DNA of 64,000 bases from Octopus vulgaris (GCA_951406725.2 OX597821.1:41168001-41232000); one strand, 5' to 3'; shown: positions 27,103 through 41,600, counted from the stretch's first letter. Notes: generated from the letters alone by a model not told the origin. Numbers and translations: made by a program.

Positions 27103-28022
27103 GTACAACACCTATTTTGTCTTTTAGATATTAATTATTGAATAAGTGGTGCACTTTGATGTAAAGATTTTACACCTAAATAGTCCATATTTGAATTTCA
27201 TGACATTTTGGGTGAGTTCGTAATACAGCACTGTTTGCATTCCGTTGTGAGGTTGTATAAACACGTACAGTTTAAACAGTGGTCTTTTCAGTGGCCTGCT
27301 GACAAAGATACACACATCAATATATACATTTATGGCATTGATATATCTAACAGAAACAATATCACATCCAAGGAAATAGACACATTCACACATAAATATA
27401 TGCATACATACATACATACACTCATACACATACATATATACATACATATATATTTATGTGTGTGTTCCTCTGAGTATGTATAGCTCAGTTATTGCATTTA
27501 TTACAATAGATTTTATTATCTAGGAACATTGTCACGGACACACGGACACACATGTACTGGTGCCGGGGTCAAAAGCACTCACTACCCTTTGCGAAGAGGT
27601 AGGTGTTAGGAATGGTAGCCAGCTGTAGAAAACATACTGAAATATGTAACTTACAAGTGCGATCTGGTCCTCCAACCCATCTAAGCAGCAAAAGCAACAA
27701 GTCCAACGCAATCAAGTAGGAAATTTGGATGTAAAATGATGATGATGATGATGATGATGATGATGGTGACTATGATGTTTTAGACAGACACACAGACAAA
27801 CAAACAGACTGACAGACAGATTGATAGAGAGATATACAATTTTTATGATTATGATATACAAAGCCAAAACGCATCTGGCATTCACACTCATTATTGAAAA
27901 GATATTTTGTCTACTTCTGATGCTGGTGTTTTGAACACAATTCCATAAAAGATATTATCTCAGAACAAATATCGAAGTAACTGGCCTATCAATGGTGTAT
28001 GCGCAGTAAGTATGAGACAAAG

Positions 28023-28054
<32 letters not shown>

Positions 28055-28055
28055 A

Positions 28056-28325
28056 CCCTTTTCCTCTTTTACTCTTTTACTTGTTTCAGTCATTTGACCG
28101 TGGCCATGCTGGAGCACCACCGTTAGTCGAGCAAATCGATCCCAGGGCTTATTCTTTGTAGCCTAGTACTTATTCTATCACACTCTTTTGCCGGACCACT
28201 AAGTTAGGGGACGTAAACACACCAGCATCAGTTGTCAAGCGATGTTGGGGGGTCAAATACAGACACACAAACATACACACACACACGCACATATCTATCT
28301 ATCTATATATATATATGTATATATA

Positions 28326-28381
<56 letters not shown>

Positions 28382-28494
28382 TACGACTGGCTTCTTTCAG
28401 TTTCCGTCTACTAAATCCACTCACAACACTTTGGTCGGCCCAAGGCTATAGTAGAAGACATTTACCCAAGGTACCAAGCAGTGGGACTGAACCC
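28056..28494 (-). mobile_element. SINE family A
   Basis: ctcttttacttgtttcagtcatttgaccgtggcc...gtgggactgaaccc. Confidence 0.92.
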
Positions 28495-28636
28495 GATATG
28501 TATGTATGTATGTATATATGTATGTATACAAATGTATGCATACATATGTGTGTGTGTGTGTGTGTGTGTGTAAGCTGTCTTAGAGTCCATAAGTCAGGAA
28601 AAAATACACTCGTATATCTGTCAGTAAAATGGGTAT

Positions 28637-28800
28637 ATTAATTGAAGTGTACAGTCACCATACTTCATTCCATAATAGCTACCTCTGAAGAGTGCAGGGT
28701 TACATAATTGGACTGTTAGCTAACACTCCACTGAACCCATGGTGTGAAACCAATTAGTAAGATCAACCGTAATGGATATATAATACTGTACACTTCAATT

Positions 28801-28804
<4 letters not shown>
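28637..28804 (+). mobile_element. Short inverted-repeat element enclosing a decayed hammerhead-like motif (28679-28761)
   Basis: IR aattgaagtgtacagt/actgtacacttcaatt; inside, CTGAAGA..GGGTT...AACCC..GAAA CCAATT. Stem I is imperfect. Confidence 0.45.
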
Positions 28805-28839
<35 letters not shown>

Positions 28840-29872
28840 GTGTATGCGTATATATACATAAATATATATATATACATGTATCCATGTTTATGTGTATATT
28901 CACATAAATATATGTGTATACCTATTTATGCAAAGATATACATGTATGTAATTGTAGTTTTGTGTTAATTTTAATTTGTTTTAATGTTTGTATATATATG
29001 TATATCTATATATATTCATGTGTGTATATGTCTGTGCATGTGTGTGTTTATGTGTGCATTTGTATGTACATGTGCTTGTGTATGCACATCTATGTGTATT
29101 TGTATGCACTTGTTTGTGTGTCATGTGTGTGTGTGTTCATATACATCTCCAAGCCTAACATTTTAAATGGGTCTGAAGCTTTGCTTAATTTGTCTATTGT
29201 GAAATTACAAAACATAATTACTGACAAAGTCTTTGTCCTAGAATGTATGAGATAAAATATATAATTAGTTGCTCCTAATTTGCAATTCATTTATCTTGTT
29301 TGTCTTCAAAGAACTCTTCCGGAACCCACAAATCTAGTTAAACTCTGAAATACCTATTAGTGAGATAATATTATTTGTTAATCCAATAAGTTTTAGTGGA
29401 AAAATTACATTCCATCTCATCATCAGCTGCTGATAAATTTTCAAAGATACATTTGCTGTGATCTGAAAATATCACCATATGTGCTTTAATACTCTAAAAA
29501 ACGTCTACAACTTTGATTAAACCTACCACACAAACAGACACGCACACACAAACACACACACACATGTATATGTATTAGAGGAAAACTTTGTGTGGGGAAA
29601 AGTGAAATGTTATATAGTAAATGATTGGAGAATGGCATGTATGTTTGGCTCCTTAAACAGCACCAGGGAAAAGTTATATTAAATAATATTCCTTCTATTG
29701 CAAAATTGTTTCCAGTAAAGAGATAAGCATACTACTCTCTCACTCTCTCTCTTTCTCTCTCTCTCTCTCTAAAACTTATCAATACAATCCCCCCCACACA
29801 CAGGCATATATATAGTTATAAATACATACATACGTAAGCATATATATATATGTGTGTATGTATATATATATA

Positions 29873-29904
<32 letters not shown>

Positions 29905-30341
29905 GATGCACATCATATACAGTATATGTTTGGTGATATCTGTGATGTGTCTTAGCTTAAACTAAATTGGTAAAAAGCACTTTATTACGTGACCACATAT
30001 CTTCCTGAAATTTCATGAGATACATTTGAGAAAATCTTATTTTTGATTCTGTCATTTCAACCTGACTAAATATTTGCCAATATCTACTTAAGCGCCTTGT
30101 ATTTCTGAGTTCAAATGTGGTCGGGCTGACGTTTCTTTCTAAAGTGATACAGAAAGATGTGACTATAGTACAAATCTAATACAGACTCATGAAAGGTTTA
30201 AGTCAATTCGGCTCCTGGGGAATAGTTTACATCAGAAAAAGAGGAATATTCTCTTATAAGATACATCATCATCATCATTATAATCGGGAGTCTAATCATT
30301 ATAGAAAGTTCTTTCTAATTTTTTCCATTATAGGAACTACT

Positions 30342-30350
30342 GTCATCATC

Positions 30351-30401
<51 letters not shown>

Positions 30402-30461
30402 TTCATCTTCATTATCTTCATCATCATCATCATCTTCATCATCATCATCATCACCACCACC

Positions 30462-30517
<56 letters not shown>

Positions 30518-30750
30518 TATTGTCATCATCAATTAACATACATTTTCCCGGCTGGCATGGGCTGGATGGTTTGATAGGATCTAGTAAACCACATGGCTCT
30601 GTCATGCACCAATGTCAGCTTTGGCACATGGTCTCTATGGATGGTTACCCTTTCTAACACCAACCATTTTACTAAGTGTTACTGGGAGCATTTTTGTTTT
30701 TGTTTTTTTTTTGTGCCACCAGCATTTGTGAGGTTTCCAAGTAACTTACC
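30342..30750 (-). mobile_element. Expanded (CAT)n tail plus RTE 3' fragment
   Basis: ggctggcatgggctggatggtttga...caaccattttac next to a long CAT array. Confidence 0.7.
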
Positions 30751-31661
30751 AAGACAAAAAAAAAAGAAAAAGAAAAGGGAGAAAAATCCCCCCTCAACTA
30801 AGGGTGGATGAGGTATTTAAGAGGGTGAGACGAGGTGGCTTTAATGCCTGGTTTTGGGGAATAAAAATATGATAAAAGGACAAGCTCTTGTGAAATAAGA
30901 TACTACCACATGCTGTAATCTTACTCAGCTATTTCTATTATAATTAGCCACATAACAGTTAACAATCCAATGTCCAATTCAAAAATTAGTTTTAAGTATA
31001 TCATTCATACTTGAACGAGAAAATAAACACAAAACAGAAAGTTGATTGGAACAGTTATCAAATCTCTCTTTATTATTCTTTGTCAGCTTCCGTCATAAAC
31101 AGTATTCGTCGTTCACAATTTATTTGAGATTTAATGACTTAAGACTACATCTAGAATAATTATGAGAGAATCATTTGCTTCATGTTGTATTTTTGGTTTA
31201 ATTTACCAGAATAATTATGTTTATTTCATTTCCCATGTTAATCTCAAGTAAAATGCAACATATCAAACTCACAAAATTAATTTTGAAGCTAATTATGATA
31301 CCGGTTCTAATTAAGATAACTAGATGATGGAATACCTTCCAGTTAGAAAAATACAGATATTAGTTTTATTGAATAGCTTCAATCATTTTGTATACTGGAA
31401 ACGATGTCAAATACGTTCTTATTGTAAATTTAGCAGCACTAGAAATATTAGAAATTAGCTTTTAATTTATTTGAATTTTAATTTAATTTGCATTTCAACA
31501 TGTTTACCATATATGGAAATATCTGATCTCTCAAATTTTCAAGTAAATTAAAATATGAAAAAACTATATTTAACACAAGAAGATTGTGTTTGCATTTTGT
31601 AAAGGTCTGGTGTGGACAATGAATGGTGAACGGTGGAGCTGATACCAGTGTTGACCTATTA

Positions 31662-31885
31662 CTGTTTTACTCTTTAATTGCAGTCAGACTGGAGCTTGAC
31701 CTTGGAGGTTTTACTCAATTAAATCGACTCCATTAGTTTTTTTTTTTATTGTTGGTTGCTTAATCTATTCTACTCTATTGCTGTACAATTTTACTATGGG
31801 GACCTACACAAAACAACCACTAGCTGTCAAGCAGTTTCACATAGAGACAAGATACAGACACAAAACAAATACACAGACATGCACA
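31662..31885 (-). mobile_element. SINE family A 3' half, degenerate
   Basis: ttttactcttta...aaatcgactcc...acaaccactagctgtcaagc. Confidence 0.6.
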
Positions 31886-31944
31886 CACACACACACACTC
31901 ACATAGAAGACCATATATATATATACATATATATCCTCTGCCTC

Positions 31945-32090
31945 CTCACCATCATCATCATCACTTTCATCCGCATTCCATGTCAGCATGGGCTGGATGG
32001 TTTGACAGGAGCCAATATGTCCAAAGGCTGTATCGTGTTCCAGTGTCTGCTTTGGTTCTGTTTTTATGATTGGATGCCCTTTCCAATGGC
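31945..32090 (-). mobile_element. RTE 3' tail fragment
   Basis: ttccatgtcagcatgggctggatggtttgacagg...ggatgccctttcc. Confidence 0.7.
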
Positions 32091-32106
32091 ATCTCTGTGT
32101 GTGTAT

Positions 32107-32137
<31 letters not shown>

Positions 32138-32517
32138 CAAATTGAGATAGGGGTTGTAAATGCAACCCTCTATAGGATAACATATATCCAATATACTGCT
32201 AGTGAAGTACCCAACAAAGTTAATACATAAATGTTAATGATTGCGATGCAATCAATTCATTTACAGTATTATATGGGCATAGGTAAAGTATGTGATTGAG
32301 TATTATCTGGTAATTGATGTTTGATTTAGATGTATTTCTCCATTTTCTTATCTTGTATATATATATATATATATACATATATATGTATATATATACATGT
32401 ATATGCTTTTGATGTTCTCATTTGTAGAATGAATAAATAATCCAGCATTATAATATGCGTAAGTTGATGAACAAACCAAATTTGTTTCTCCATTTTCTTA
32501 TTTGTATTATATACATG

Positions 32518-32568
<51 letters not shown>

Positions 32569-32589
32569 ATACATGTGTATGTATATATA

Positions 32590-33420
32590 TGCAGAAGACA
32601 CTGTTGATGATTTAGAAGCTAACACTATGAAGAGCTTCCAGCAAATAGCTAACTCCATCCACCAGAATGTTAAAGTAACAACAGACTACCCTCACAAGCA
32701 CCCAAACTATAGGTTACCAATTTTAGACATGGAACTCTGGTTGGAAACAAAGAACAGTAAGGTCTAGATCCTTCATTCTTGTTATGCCAAACCCATGGCC
32801 TCAAGAGACCTGGTCCACAAGAACACAGCCATTGTGGACAACACCAAGTTCAATATTCTTATAGCTGACTTGGTGAGAGTGATGAAGAATGTGTCTTGCA
32901 TGTGTGACCCTATGGAATTCAAAAAATGCATACAACACTTCAACCAACACAAGCAGTTCTTTGGATACAACCAAAGGGACAAGATTAGAGTGTACTAAGG
33001 AGCCAGAATTAAGTACATAGAGAGAGAGGCAAAGGGGATCTGCCCACTATACAGCACTAAATCCTTGAACAGCACAGCAAGGACCAGAAAAAAGATAGAT
33101 AAGGCCAATGCATGGTATGACAACAAAAGGTACCAGAGTATCATGTTCATTGATGCTACCTCTGGCGGTGAACTAGCATACCTTTTTAGAAAAAAACATT
33201 AGATAAGGCCAATCTATGGATTAAAATAGTAGAAAGGCTTAGTGCCCCTGTAGAATCCCTGATCAATAGGTCCTCATGTACAGAGAACAGTTGTATTGTA
33301 TGTAGGGTTAACCCACAGGTTAACTGTAAGGATAGGAATATAGTGTATAGTGTACAATGTACCGAGGGATGGTACAGAAGCATGACAACTACTTACACTA
33401 GAGAAATGGCATGCAACATG
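32590..33420 (+). mobile_element. Penelope-like element remnant (RT C-terminus/thumb, Cys-rich linker, start of GIY-YIG endonuclease), Neptune-like
   Basis: LPILDMELW; YAKPMAS..TKFNILIADLVRVMKN; SIMFIDATSGGELA; IKIVER; CTENSCIVCRVNPQVNCKDRNIVYSVQC...YTREMACN. Several stops and frameshifts. Confidence 0.85.
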
Positions 33421-33442
33421 AGCTCCAACGTTCAAAGGTTGA

Positions 33443-33685
33443 TCTTTTACATGCCACCAGCACAGGTGCACTTGGCTTGATGGGTCCTCTTAAGCAGAGC
33501 ACATCTCCAAAGATCTCGGTCACTAGTCATTGCCTCTGTGAGGCTCAAAGTTCAAAGATCTTACTTCACCACCTCATCCATGTCTGCCTGGGTCTATCTC
33601 TACCACAGGTTCCTTCCACATTTAGATATCGGCACTTCTTTACTCAGCTGTCCTCATCCATATGCATCACATGACCATACCAGCA
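33443..33685 (-). mobile_element. RTE fragment including the ORF C-terminus
   Basis: WYGHVMHMDEDS*VKKCRYLNVEGTCGRDRPRQTW, homologous to ORF 37467-38096. Confidence 0.85.
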
Positions 33686-33714
33686 CGTGTGTGTGCATGC
33701 ATATATACATATTC

Positions 33715-33935
33715 ATCCTCCTCATCATCATAATCATTGAACATCCTTGTTCCATATTGGTATGGGATCGATTATTTGACCTGATCCAGTGAGCTGAGGA
33801 ACTGCATCAAACTCCAATGTCGGTTTATGGTTTATACAACATAATGCCCTTCCAAATGCCAACCACTTTACAGGGTGTCCTGGGTGTTTTTTACTTGGCC
33901 CCAGAACCAGTGAGATCACCAGGTAACTTGCAAGA
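33715..33935 (-). mobile_element. RTE-type 3' tail fragment
   Basis: atgcccttccaaatgccaaccactttacag. Confidence 0.65.
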
Positions 33936-34079
33936 CATATCGTTTAACTGAGTAGGACTGTGGGTGGTCTTATGCAAAGTGTTGTCAGGTTAAAGTATGA
34001 CGGAGAGAATAGAAACAAGTATCATGGTGTGGTTGGGAAGTAAACTCTGTCACACAGCCATGCTTGTGCCAAGCCATAT

Positions 34080-34388
34080 ACACATGCACACACACAGACA
34101 CACACACACAGACACACACACATGCACACACACAGACACACACACAGACATACACACACACATACACATGCACACACACACAGACACACACAGACACAGA
34201 CACACACATGCACACACACACAGACACACACACATATGCACACACACGCAGACACACACACACACAGACACACACACACACATACACACACACACACACA
34301 CCCACAGACACACACACACATGCACACACACAGACACACAGACACGCACACACAGACACACACACATGCACACACGCACACACACACA

Positions 34389-34430
<42 letters not shown>
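34080..34430. repeat. (CA)n compound microsatellite
   Basis: Direct reading. Confidence 0.95.
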
Positions 34431-34432
<2 letters not shown>

Positions 34433-34562
34433 AAACAGAGGAAAAGAGGAGGATGGTAACGAGGTGATAATCCTGGTATTGCAACATCTTTTCCTCTCTG
34501 AGGTAAGTATAAAAAAAGGGGTGCAAAAGCTCAGAAAGGACGTGGGGATGGGGTTATATACA

Positions 34563-34728
34563 CAACAAGCTTCTGTCAGCTTCCATCAATCGGATCAACG
34601 GACAAGGCTTTGACCAGCTCAGGACTATAGAAGACACTGGCTCAAGGTACCATGCAGCGGGTCTCTACAGGAAACCGTGTAGTCGGGAAATAAACTTCTT
34701 AACCAGTCTACCATGTTTGTGCCAAGCT
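34563..34728 (-). mobile_element. SINE family A 5' half, degenerate
   Basis: acaaggctttgacc...tagaagacactggctcaagg...aaacttcttaacca. Confidence 0.65.
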
Positions 34729-34739
34729 ATAGACTCACA

Positions 34740-34784
<45 letters not shown>

Positions 34785-35000
34785 GCGCACACACACACAC
34801 ATACACACACACATGCACACACACACAAACATGCACACACATGCATAGGCTTGGTATAACAAAACAAGTGAAACAGAAGCCAATAGCTAGGTATATATAC
34901 TTTTCTTCTTTTTTAATTGACAGAAAGTTACAAGTGATCCAAGGGCCAAGACTTTCATACACATATATGCATGTGTGTACACATGCATGTGTGAATGCAT

Positions 35001-35048
<48 letters not shown>

Positions 35049-35739
35049 GCATGTACATTAAAAGAGTGATAACAGTAAGGATAAATAACAAACCATTAAG
35101 TAATTTTCTAATTAGACAATTGCACATCTTTAATTTGTCTAAGTTCTTACCTTTAATCAGTGTCACCTTTCACAATATAAACCAATCACAGATTCGTCTT
35201 TCCTTGTCAATGCAAATGAACACATTTTGCTTTGTTTGTTTTGGGTTTGGTTTAGGGATTTTTTTTGTTGCTGTTTTTTTTCTTTTTGTGCAAACATTGG
35301 ATCTAAAATACCTGAATTCACCACAACAGATCTCAGTTGATTAATTAACTCAGCAGGGACAAAATAGACAATCAAGGAATAATTGAAACTGTTTCTATTG
35401 TATCAAAGAGAAAGGATAATATTTGGGTTGGCATTTAACATTGCCATTTCCAGCTAACAAATAGTTTCAAGTTTCATTATTTAACTCTTGTTACATGATA
35501 GGATGTCAGAGTATTTTGAAGTTAGGTTTCTAGCCTTAAGTATTATTGATGACAAAGTTGATATTAATTACTCTAAATTGATGTTCGCTTTCTAAAGAAA
35601 GAATTGTGTTATAAATCAAAGAAACAGATTCAACATTGTAAAGTGAAAACATAGAAGTACTTAATGAAAAGTTCTTGACAAAGGATATATCTATAATTAG
35701 TGTAGATACTTTTAAAGTTTTTTTAATTTATTTATTTTG

Positions 35740-35800
35740 AATACAAAATTACATCACAGTAATACAAAATTACATCACAGTAATACAAAATTTCATCAGA
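35740..35800. repeat. 21-bp tandem repeat (aatacaaaattacatcacagt), about 3 copies
   Basis: Direct reading. Confidence 0.85.
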
Positions 35801-35904
35801 GTATAGAATAAAAATGCAGAATCAGAATGGTGAAATGTATCATCAGACTTGTCCAATTCAATATTCCAGAATTGTTTTCCCTCTAGTGTACCCCAAGAAA
35901 TTGT

Positions 35905-36139
35905 AATTAAGCATCACCTGTTTGTTTTACACCTTTTTCTTGGAATACTCTGCATTTGTTTAATTTTGAAAATAATAAAGAATTTAGCAAAATAACTTTG
36001 TTATTATTAAACTATTGTTTGGATTTTAAATTAGCATGAAATCTTAATGGAAGGTTTTAATTTAAAACTCTTCAAAACAGGGAGCATGTCTCAAAGAAAC
36101 CAAGGACTGTGTCAGGCAGGTTTTCATGAAAAGGGTTAA
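35905..36139. mobile_element. Possible piggyBac-type MITE fragment
   Basis: Ends in aaagggTTAA (CCC terminus plus TTAA target); a similar end occurs near 59864. The other end is not recognisable. Confidence 0.3.
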
Positions 36140-36850
36140 ACAGGTGAGGTTAATATGATTCTTTCAATTGTAAGTGTTTAGAAATGCCACTTCCAAAACC
36201 AGAACTACTGCATTGAAAGTGAACTTATAAATCCAATCATATTTCTTCTATTTCCTGATTTTGGCAAAATCTTAACATGCCATCATTTAACTATATGGCA
36301 TGTGTTTTATAAAGTATAGTTCAAAGTTACCTTTGCTCCAGAATGACACACTTCACTACATACGTCACTGATGCCACTGACATTACTGACATGTATATGG
36401 CATCTACTTTAGCTCTTGCTAAATACCACTGGAATTATTTCTTTATTTTATGAGGTCAGAATTGATAATCAGAAATTATTAACTTCCAATTCTAGTTTTA
36501 AACTGTATGCATCATTGATATTGTGATGTTTTTCTGTTTGATGTATTATTTAATCCTGTAGGGTTGGTGCTCCAGTTTTAGTTATATGGGTCACTGGCAA
36601 GTATTTTGCCAAGAAATTCTTTCATTTGGCTTGTTGCTAAGTCATGCAAAATTTCTGCAGCCTCAATATTAAAATCTGTTTGTATGAATGATTAGTTGGC
36701 TAGAAAAGGAGTTTATATATTATACCACATATCACATGGATAATAATTTAAATTAGCTTCAAATATTAATCATCCAACAACACTTGTTCCTTGTCTATTT
36801 AATGCAGTTTATTCTTTAAACCGCTGCCAATTAATCTAAATTTTGTTCTA

Positions 36851-38093
36851 CATCATCATCATCATCATCATCATCATTTAGCGTCCGTTTTCCATGCTAG
36901 CATGGGTTGGACGGTTCTGCTGGGGTCTGTGAAGCCAGAAGGCTTCATCAGGCCCAGTCAAATCTGGCAGTGTTTCTACGGCTGGATGCCCTTCCTAACG
37001 CCAACCACTCCGTGAGTGTAGTGGGTGCTTTTTACGTGCCACCCGCACTGGTGCCAGCCAGAGCTGGCAAACGGCCACGAACGGATGGTGTTTTTTATGT
37101 GCCACCGGCACGAGGGCCAGGCGAGGCTGGCAACGAACACGAAACGGGGCGGTGCTGGCAACGGTCGCGAAACGGAAGGTTCTCTTACATGCCACCGGCA
37201 CTGGTAACACATCTGCAATTTCCATTGATCGATTTCCATTGATCGATTTCGATTCTGATCCTCACTTGCCTCAATGGGTCTTCACAAGCAGAGTTTCGAC
37301 ATGCCACCGGCACTGGTAGCACATCCGCAATTTCCATTGATCGATTTCGATTCTGATCCTCACTTGCCTCAACACGTCTTCACAAGTAGAGTTTTGTGTC
37401 CCAAGAAGGGAAGGTATGCATACGTAGGCTGGCTCCATCCCATGTAGAAGGCCACGGGTTGTGGCCTCACTTGTCCTGCCGGGTCTTCTCGCGCACAGCA
37501 CACTTCCAGAGGTCTCGGTCTCTAGTCATTTCCTCGGTGAGACCTAAAGTTCGAAGGTCGTGCTTCACCACCTCGTCCCAGGTTTTCCTGGGTCTGCCTC
37601 TTCCACAGGTTCCCTCAACCGCTAGGGTGTGGCACTTTTTCACACAACTATCTTCATCCATTCTCGCCACATGACCATACCAGCGCAAACGTCTCTCTTG
37701 CACACCACAACTGATGCTTCTTAGGTCCAGCTTTTCTCTCAAGGTACTTACACTCTGCCGAGTGTGAGTACTGGCATTACACATCCATCGGAGCATACTG
37801 GCTTCATTTCTAGCGAGCTTACGCATATCCTCAGCAGTCACGGCCCATGTTTCACTGCCATGTAGCATGGCTGTTCGTACACACGCATCATACAGTCTGC
37901 CTTTCACTCTGTGCGAGAGGCCTTTTGTCACCAGCAGAGGTAAGAGCTCTCTGAACTTTGCCCAAGCTATTCTTACTCTAGCAGTTACACTTTCAGCACA
38001 CCCGCCCCCGCTGCTGACTTGGTCACCTAGGTAACGGAAACTATCAACTATTTCTAGTTTTTCTCCCTGGAAAGTGACAGAAGTTGGTCTCAT
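36851..38093 (-). mobile_element. 5'-truncated RTE-clade LINE, young (open ORF C-terminus + 3' UTR + (GAT)n tail)
   Basis: ORF 37467-38096: VDSFRYLG..., LYDACVRTAMLHGSETW, RRLRWYGHVARM, GRGRPRKTW; internally repeated 3' UTR; CpGs retained. Confidence 0.95.
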
Positions 38094-38337
38094 CAAAATA
38101 TATTTCTGAGATAGAATGCATTTGTGTAAATATGAAATGGTGCAGAGTTAATTGATTCATTTCTAAAATATAAATGATATTTATTCTATGTGAATGCAGA
38201 AATCAGGAAAGGCAACAGAAACTCTTTGATTATTGAAGACAACCAAAATGTAGTGAAACAAGGAGAGGCGGAATTTAGTTTTTATATTATATTATTATTA
38301 TTATCATTATTATCATTATTATTATTATTACGATTAC

Positions 38338-38388
<51 letters not shown>

Positions 38389-38459
38389 GATGATTTTTAT
38401 TATTATTATCGCCTGTGTAACATTAAACTTGTCTCTTTACTGCATCGTTCCCAGCTTTT

Positions 38460-38748
38460 CTTCTACTTATTTCAGCTTTTGGACTGTAGCCATGCTGGGG
38501 CACCTTCTTAAATGGTTTTAGGTGAATGAATTGATCCTAGTACTTATTTTTAAGCCTAGATCTGACTCTATTAGCTTTTATCCATGCTAAACCTCTAAAT
38601 TACAGGGATACAAATAAACCAACACCAGTCTTCAAGCTGTGATGGGAGACAAACACATAGACACATGCACACACATAGATACACATGAGAGGATTCTTTC
38701 AGTTTTTATCTATCAAATCCATTCACAAAGCTTTTGTCAGCTGAGGAT
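38460..38748 (-). mobile_element. SINE family A, truncated by the adjacent maT insertion
   Basis: ggactgtagccatgctggggcacc...caaatccattcacaaagc. Confidence 0.8.
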
Positions 38749-38750
38749 TA

Positions 38751-39374
38751 CAGGATATTTGGGTTAAATTTGATGATTGCTTTATCAGGAACCACTTGAT
38801 GTAAGGGTGGACAATTGATGGTGTTGGAGAGCATAAAGATTAATGTTGTAATTGAGAAAAAGTTAGCTGACATGGCGGAGTGGAAGCTATCTGAATATTG
38901 GAAAAAAGTTACCTGTATCATTGTGGTTCGTGATGGGTATCAAAATGCTGACAGGACTGTTGTTCAGTTCCCTGTGAATACTAAAGGCCGTGAGAAATTA
39001 TATGGACAGTTCCAACAGAGACTACGAGGCTGTAGCCAACAGCAAAAAACACAGCAAGTATTCTTACTGTGTCCACATGATAGAATTTGTCCCCAAACCA
39101 TTGAACAGAGCCTTCAGCTCAATTCAGATGGTTATGTGAAGCAGCTACAGATTATGATAAATCCCTAGCTGGAGAGACTTGCTGCTGGATGGTCATATGT
39201 GTGGCAGTAGGATGCGGATCCTTGCCATATCTCTGGAAAGTGACAGAAGTGGTTGTCAGAGAATTTCTACGACTACACCAACCCCTATTTTTCACCTGAA
39301 AAATCTCAGGGATTACAATATGGTGGCCAAGATTAAGGAGGTGCTTGAAGATATTCCAAGGGACGCAGTGGCCG
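38751..39374 (+). mobile_element. Second maT-like (DD37D-type) deletion derivative
   Basis: TA|CAGGAT start; LQLNSDGYVKQLQIMINP*LERLAAGWSYVWQ*DADPCHISGK*QKWLSENF aligns to the 9934-10362 transposase. Confidence 0.8.
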
Positions 39375-39555
39375 CATCATCTTCGTCATTACCGTTTTAT
39401 CTCTGACATGGTCTGGATGTCTCTGCAGGATCTGACATGTTAGAGAACTGTGTTGTGCTCCAGTGTCCGTTTTGGCATTGGTTTCTACAGCTGGACACCA
39501 TTCCTAATTCCGACCATTTTAAAGAATGTACCGGATGACTTTTTTCGTGGCACAA
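39375..39555 (-). mobile_element. RTE-type 3' tail fragment, degenerate
   Basis: tttctacagctggacaccattcctaattccgaccatttt. Confidence 0.6.
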
Positions 39556-39595
39556 TCACTAGCAAGATACATAAAATTGTGTTGCTGCTCCTATT

Positions 39596-39596
<1 letters not shown>

Positions 39597-39635
<39 letters not shown>

Positions 39636-39663
39636 CAGCAGTAGTAGTAGTAGTAGTAGTAGT

Positions 39664-39706
<43 letters not shown>

Positions 39707-39717
39707 CTAGTAGTAGT

Positions 39718-39785
<68 letters not shown>

Positions 39786-39835
39786 CAGCAGCAGTGGCAG
39801 CAGCAGCAGCAGTAGTACTAGTAAGCAGCAGCAGC

Positions 39836-39881
<46 letters not shown>

Positions 39882-39923
39882 AGCAGCAGCAGTAGTAGCA
39901 GCAGCAGCAGTAGTAGTAGTTGT

Positions 39924-39954
<31 letters not shown>
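39597..39954. repeat. (AGC)n/(AGT)n microsatellite
   Basis: Direct reading. Confidence 0.95.
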
Positions 39955-40725
39955 TCAATGATTGTTATATTTTCTTCTAATTTCAGCTTTCTTCTCCATC
40001 CAAACTGTTTAAAACTGATAATGAAACGATCAACATTTAACAATATAAAAATACACAGTCAGCTGTCAAAAGGTGATAAAAGACTTCCTAGAATTAGTGA
40101 GCACGGTCATTAAAACAGCGGCATTCCACCTATAAACTATCAAAATAAGATGACGATATCATCATTTTGTCTTCAATTTCTTCAGTATCTCTCGGATTTC
40201 TCGGCAGATATAATTTCGTCTAGCTAAAATTTTGCAAATCTATATAATACCTATTATTTATAATGATATATTTTATTTCTATCTAAATAGCCAAGATGAG
40301 AAGACTTCCAAAAATACAAAAGCTCAGCCTCTAATCTTTATATTGAATTAAATTTTGAATATTCTATATTTATTTAATTTATAGTTTGTCTTTTCAGTAG
40401 GAAGTTAATTTTAATATAGTTATGTATCTCTTCAGACTAAAATCTTATTAAAAAGGTAAAACTTCAAAATCTTTCAAATAAAATTGATTGTAAGACAATA
40501 TAATTGAACTTTTAACCAGTGCTGCTTGCTGCTTCAATGAAAAATGATGTCCTAAGTTCACATACCCACAAGCAGACACACACACACACACACACAACAA
40601 CAACAAATCACACACACACATATGCACATTTACACACAATCCCACACAGTATAAAGACAGGTACATGCTCTGACATACATTAGAATAAATATGTGTTGCT
40701 ATGAACATAAACACACACACCCACG

Positions 40726-40773
<48 letters not shown>

Positions 40774-41244
40774 TACATGTGTGTGTGAGAGGGGGCGTTG
40801 TCTTGTGTTTGTGAGTGTTTAGAAAAATATATGAATGCTCATGTATTTATGCTGTCAAAATAGTCTCAATTCAGATTGTTTAGATTCTATTTCAAATTTC
40901 TTCAATAAATTTATTTTACGAAAATAAAAAGTGATTTCCATTTCCTTAATGTTCTTTTGGATTTGAATAACTTAAATACGAGCTTTGGTTTATTTGTTTC
41001 CTCACCCCACCCCACCCCACCCCACCCCAAATCTGTGGTGAAAATTGCCCAAGTTATAAAGTAGATCAGATGTTTTAATTTTAAATTTACTTTTCATATA
41101 TTTTATCGAATTTATAATTGAGATAATTAAAAACTGTCTTTTGAAAGAATTAAAGATTTCTCTCCCTGAGTGCTAAACCATTAAACCCCATCGCTTTGTG
41201 GGAGAAGAACCCTTTCAAACAACAATTAATGAAAATAAAAGTTG

Positions 41245-41425
41245 GCTCTGTGCTACAAAGTCTGCTGCCCCAGCAACATAGTTCCAGGTTCAGTCCCACT
41301 GTGTGACACCTTGCCAAGCATCTTCTACTTCAGCCCAGGGCTGTCCAAAACCATGTGAGAGGATTTGCTAGACAGAAATAAAAAGAAACCCATGGTGTAC
41401 ATGTGTATGTGTGTGTGAGTAAATA

Positions 41426-41472
<47 letters not shown>

Positions 41473-41557
41473 TCACAGACACATATATATCATGTATACA
41501 GACAACATATATATTAATCTTTCTGTCTATCAATCTATCTATTCATCTATCTACACT

Positions 41558-41600
<43 letters not shown>

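Noticed and set aside
37467-38096. 209-aa ORF as a host gene
   Set aside because: C-terminal fragment of a 5'-truncated RTE reverse transcriptase ORF.
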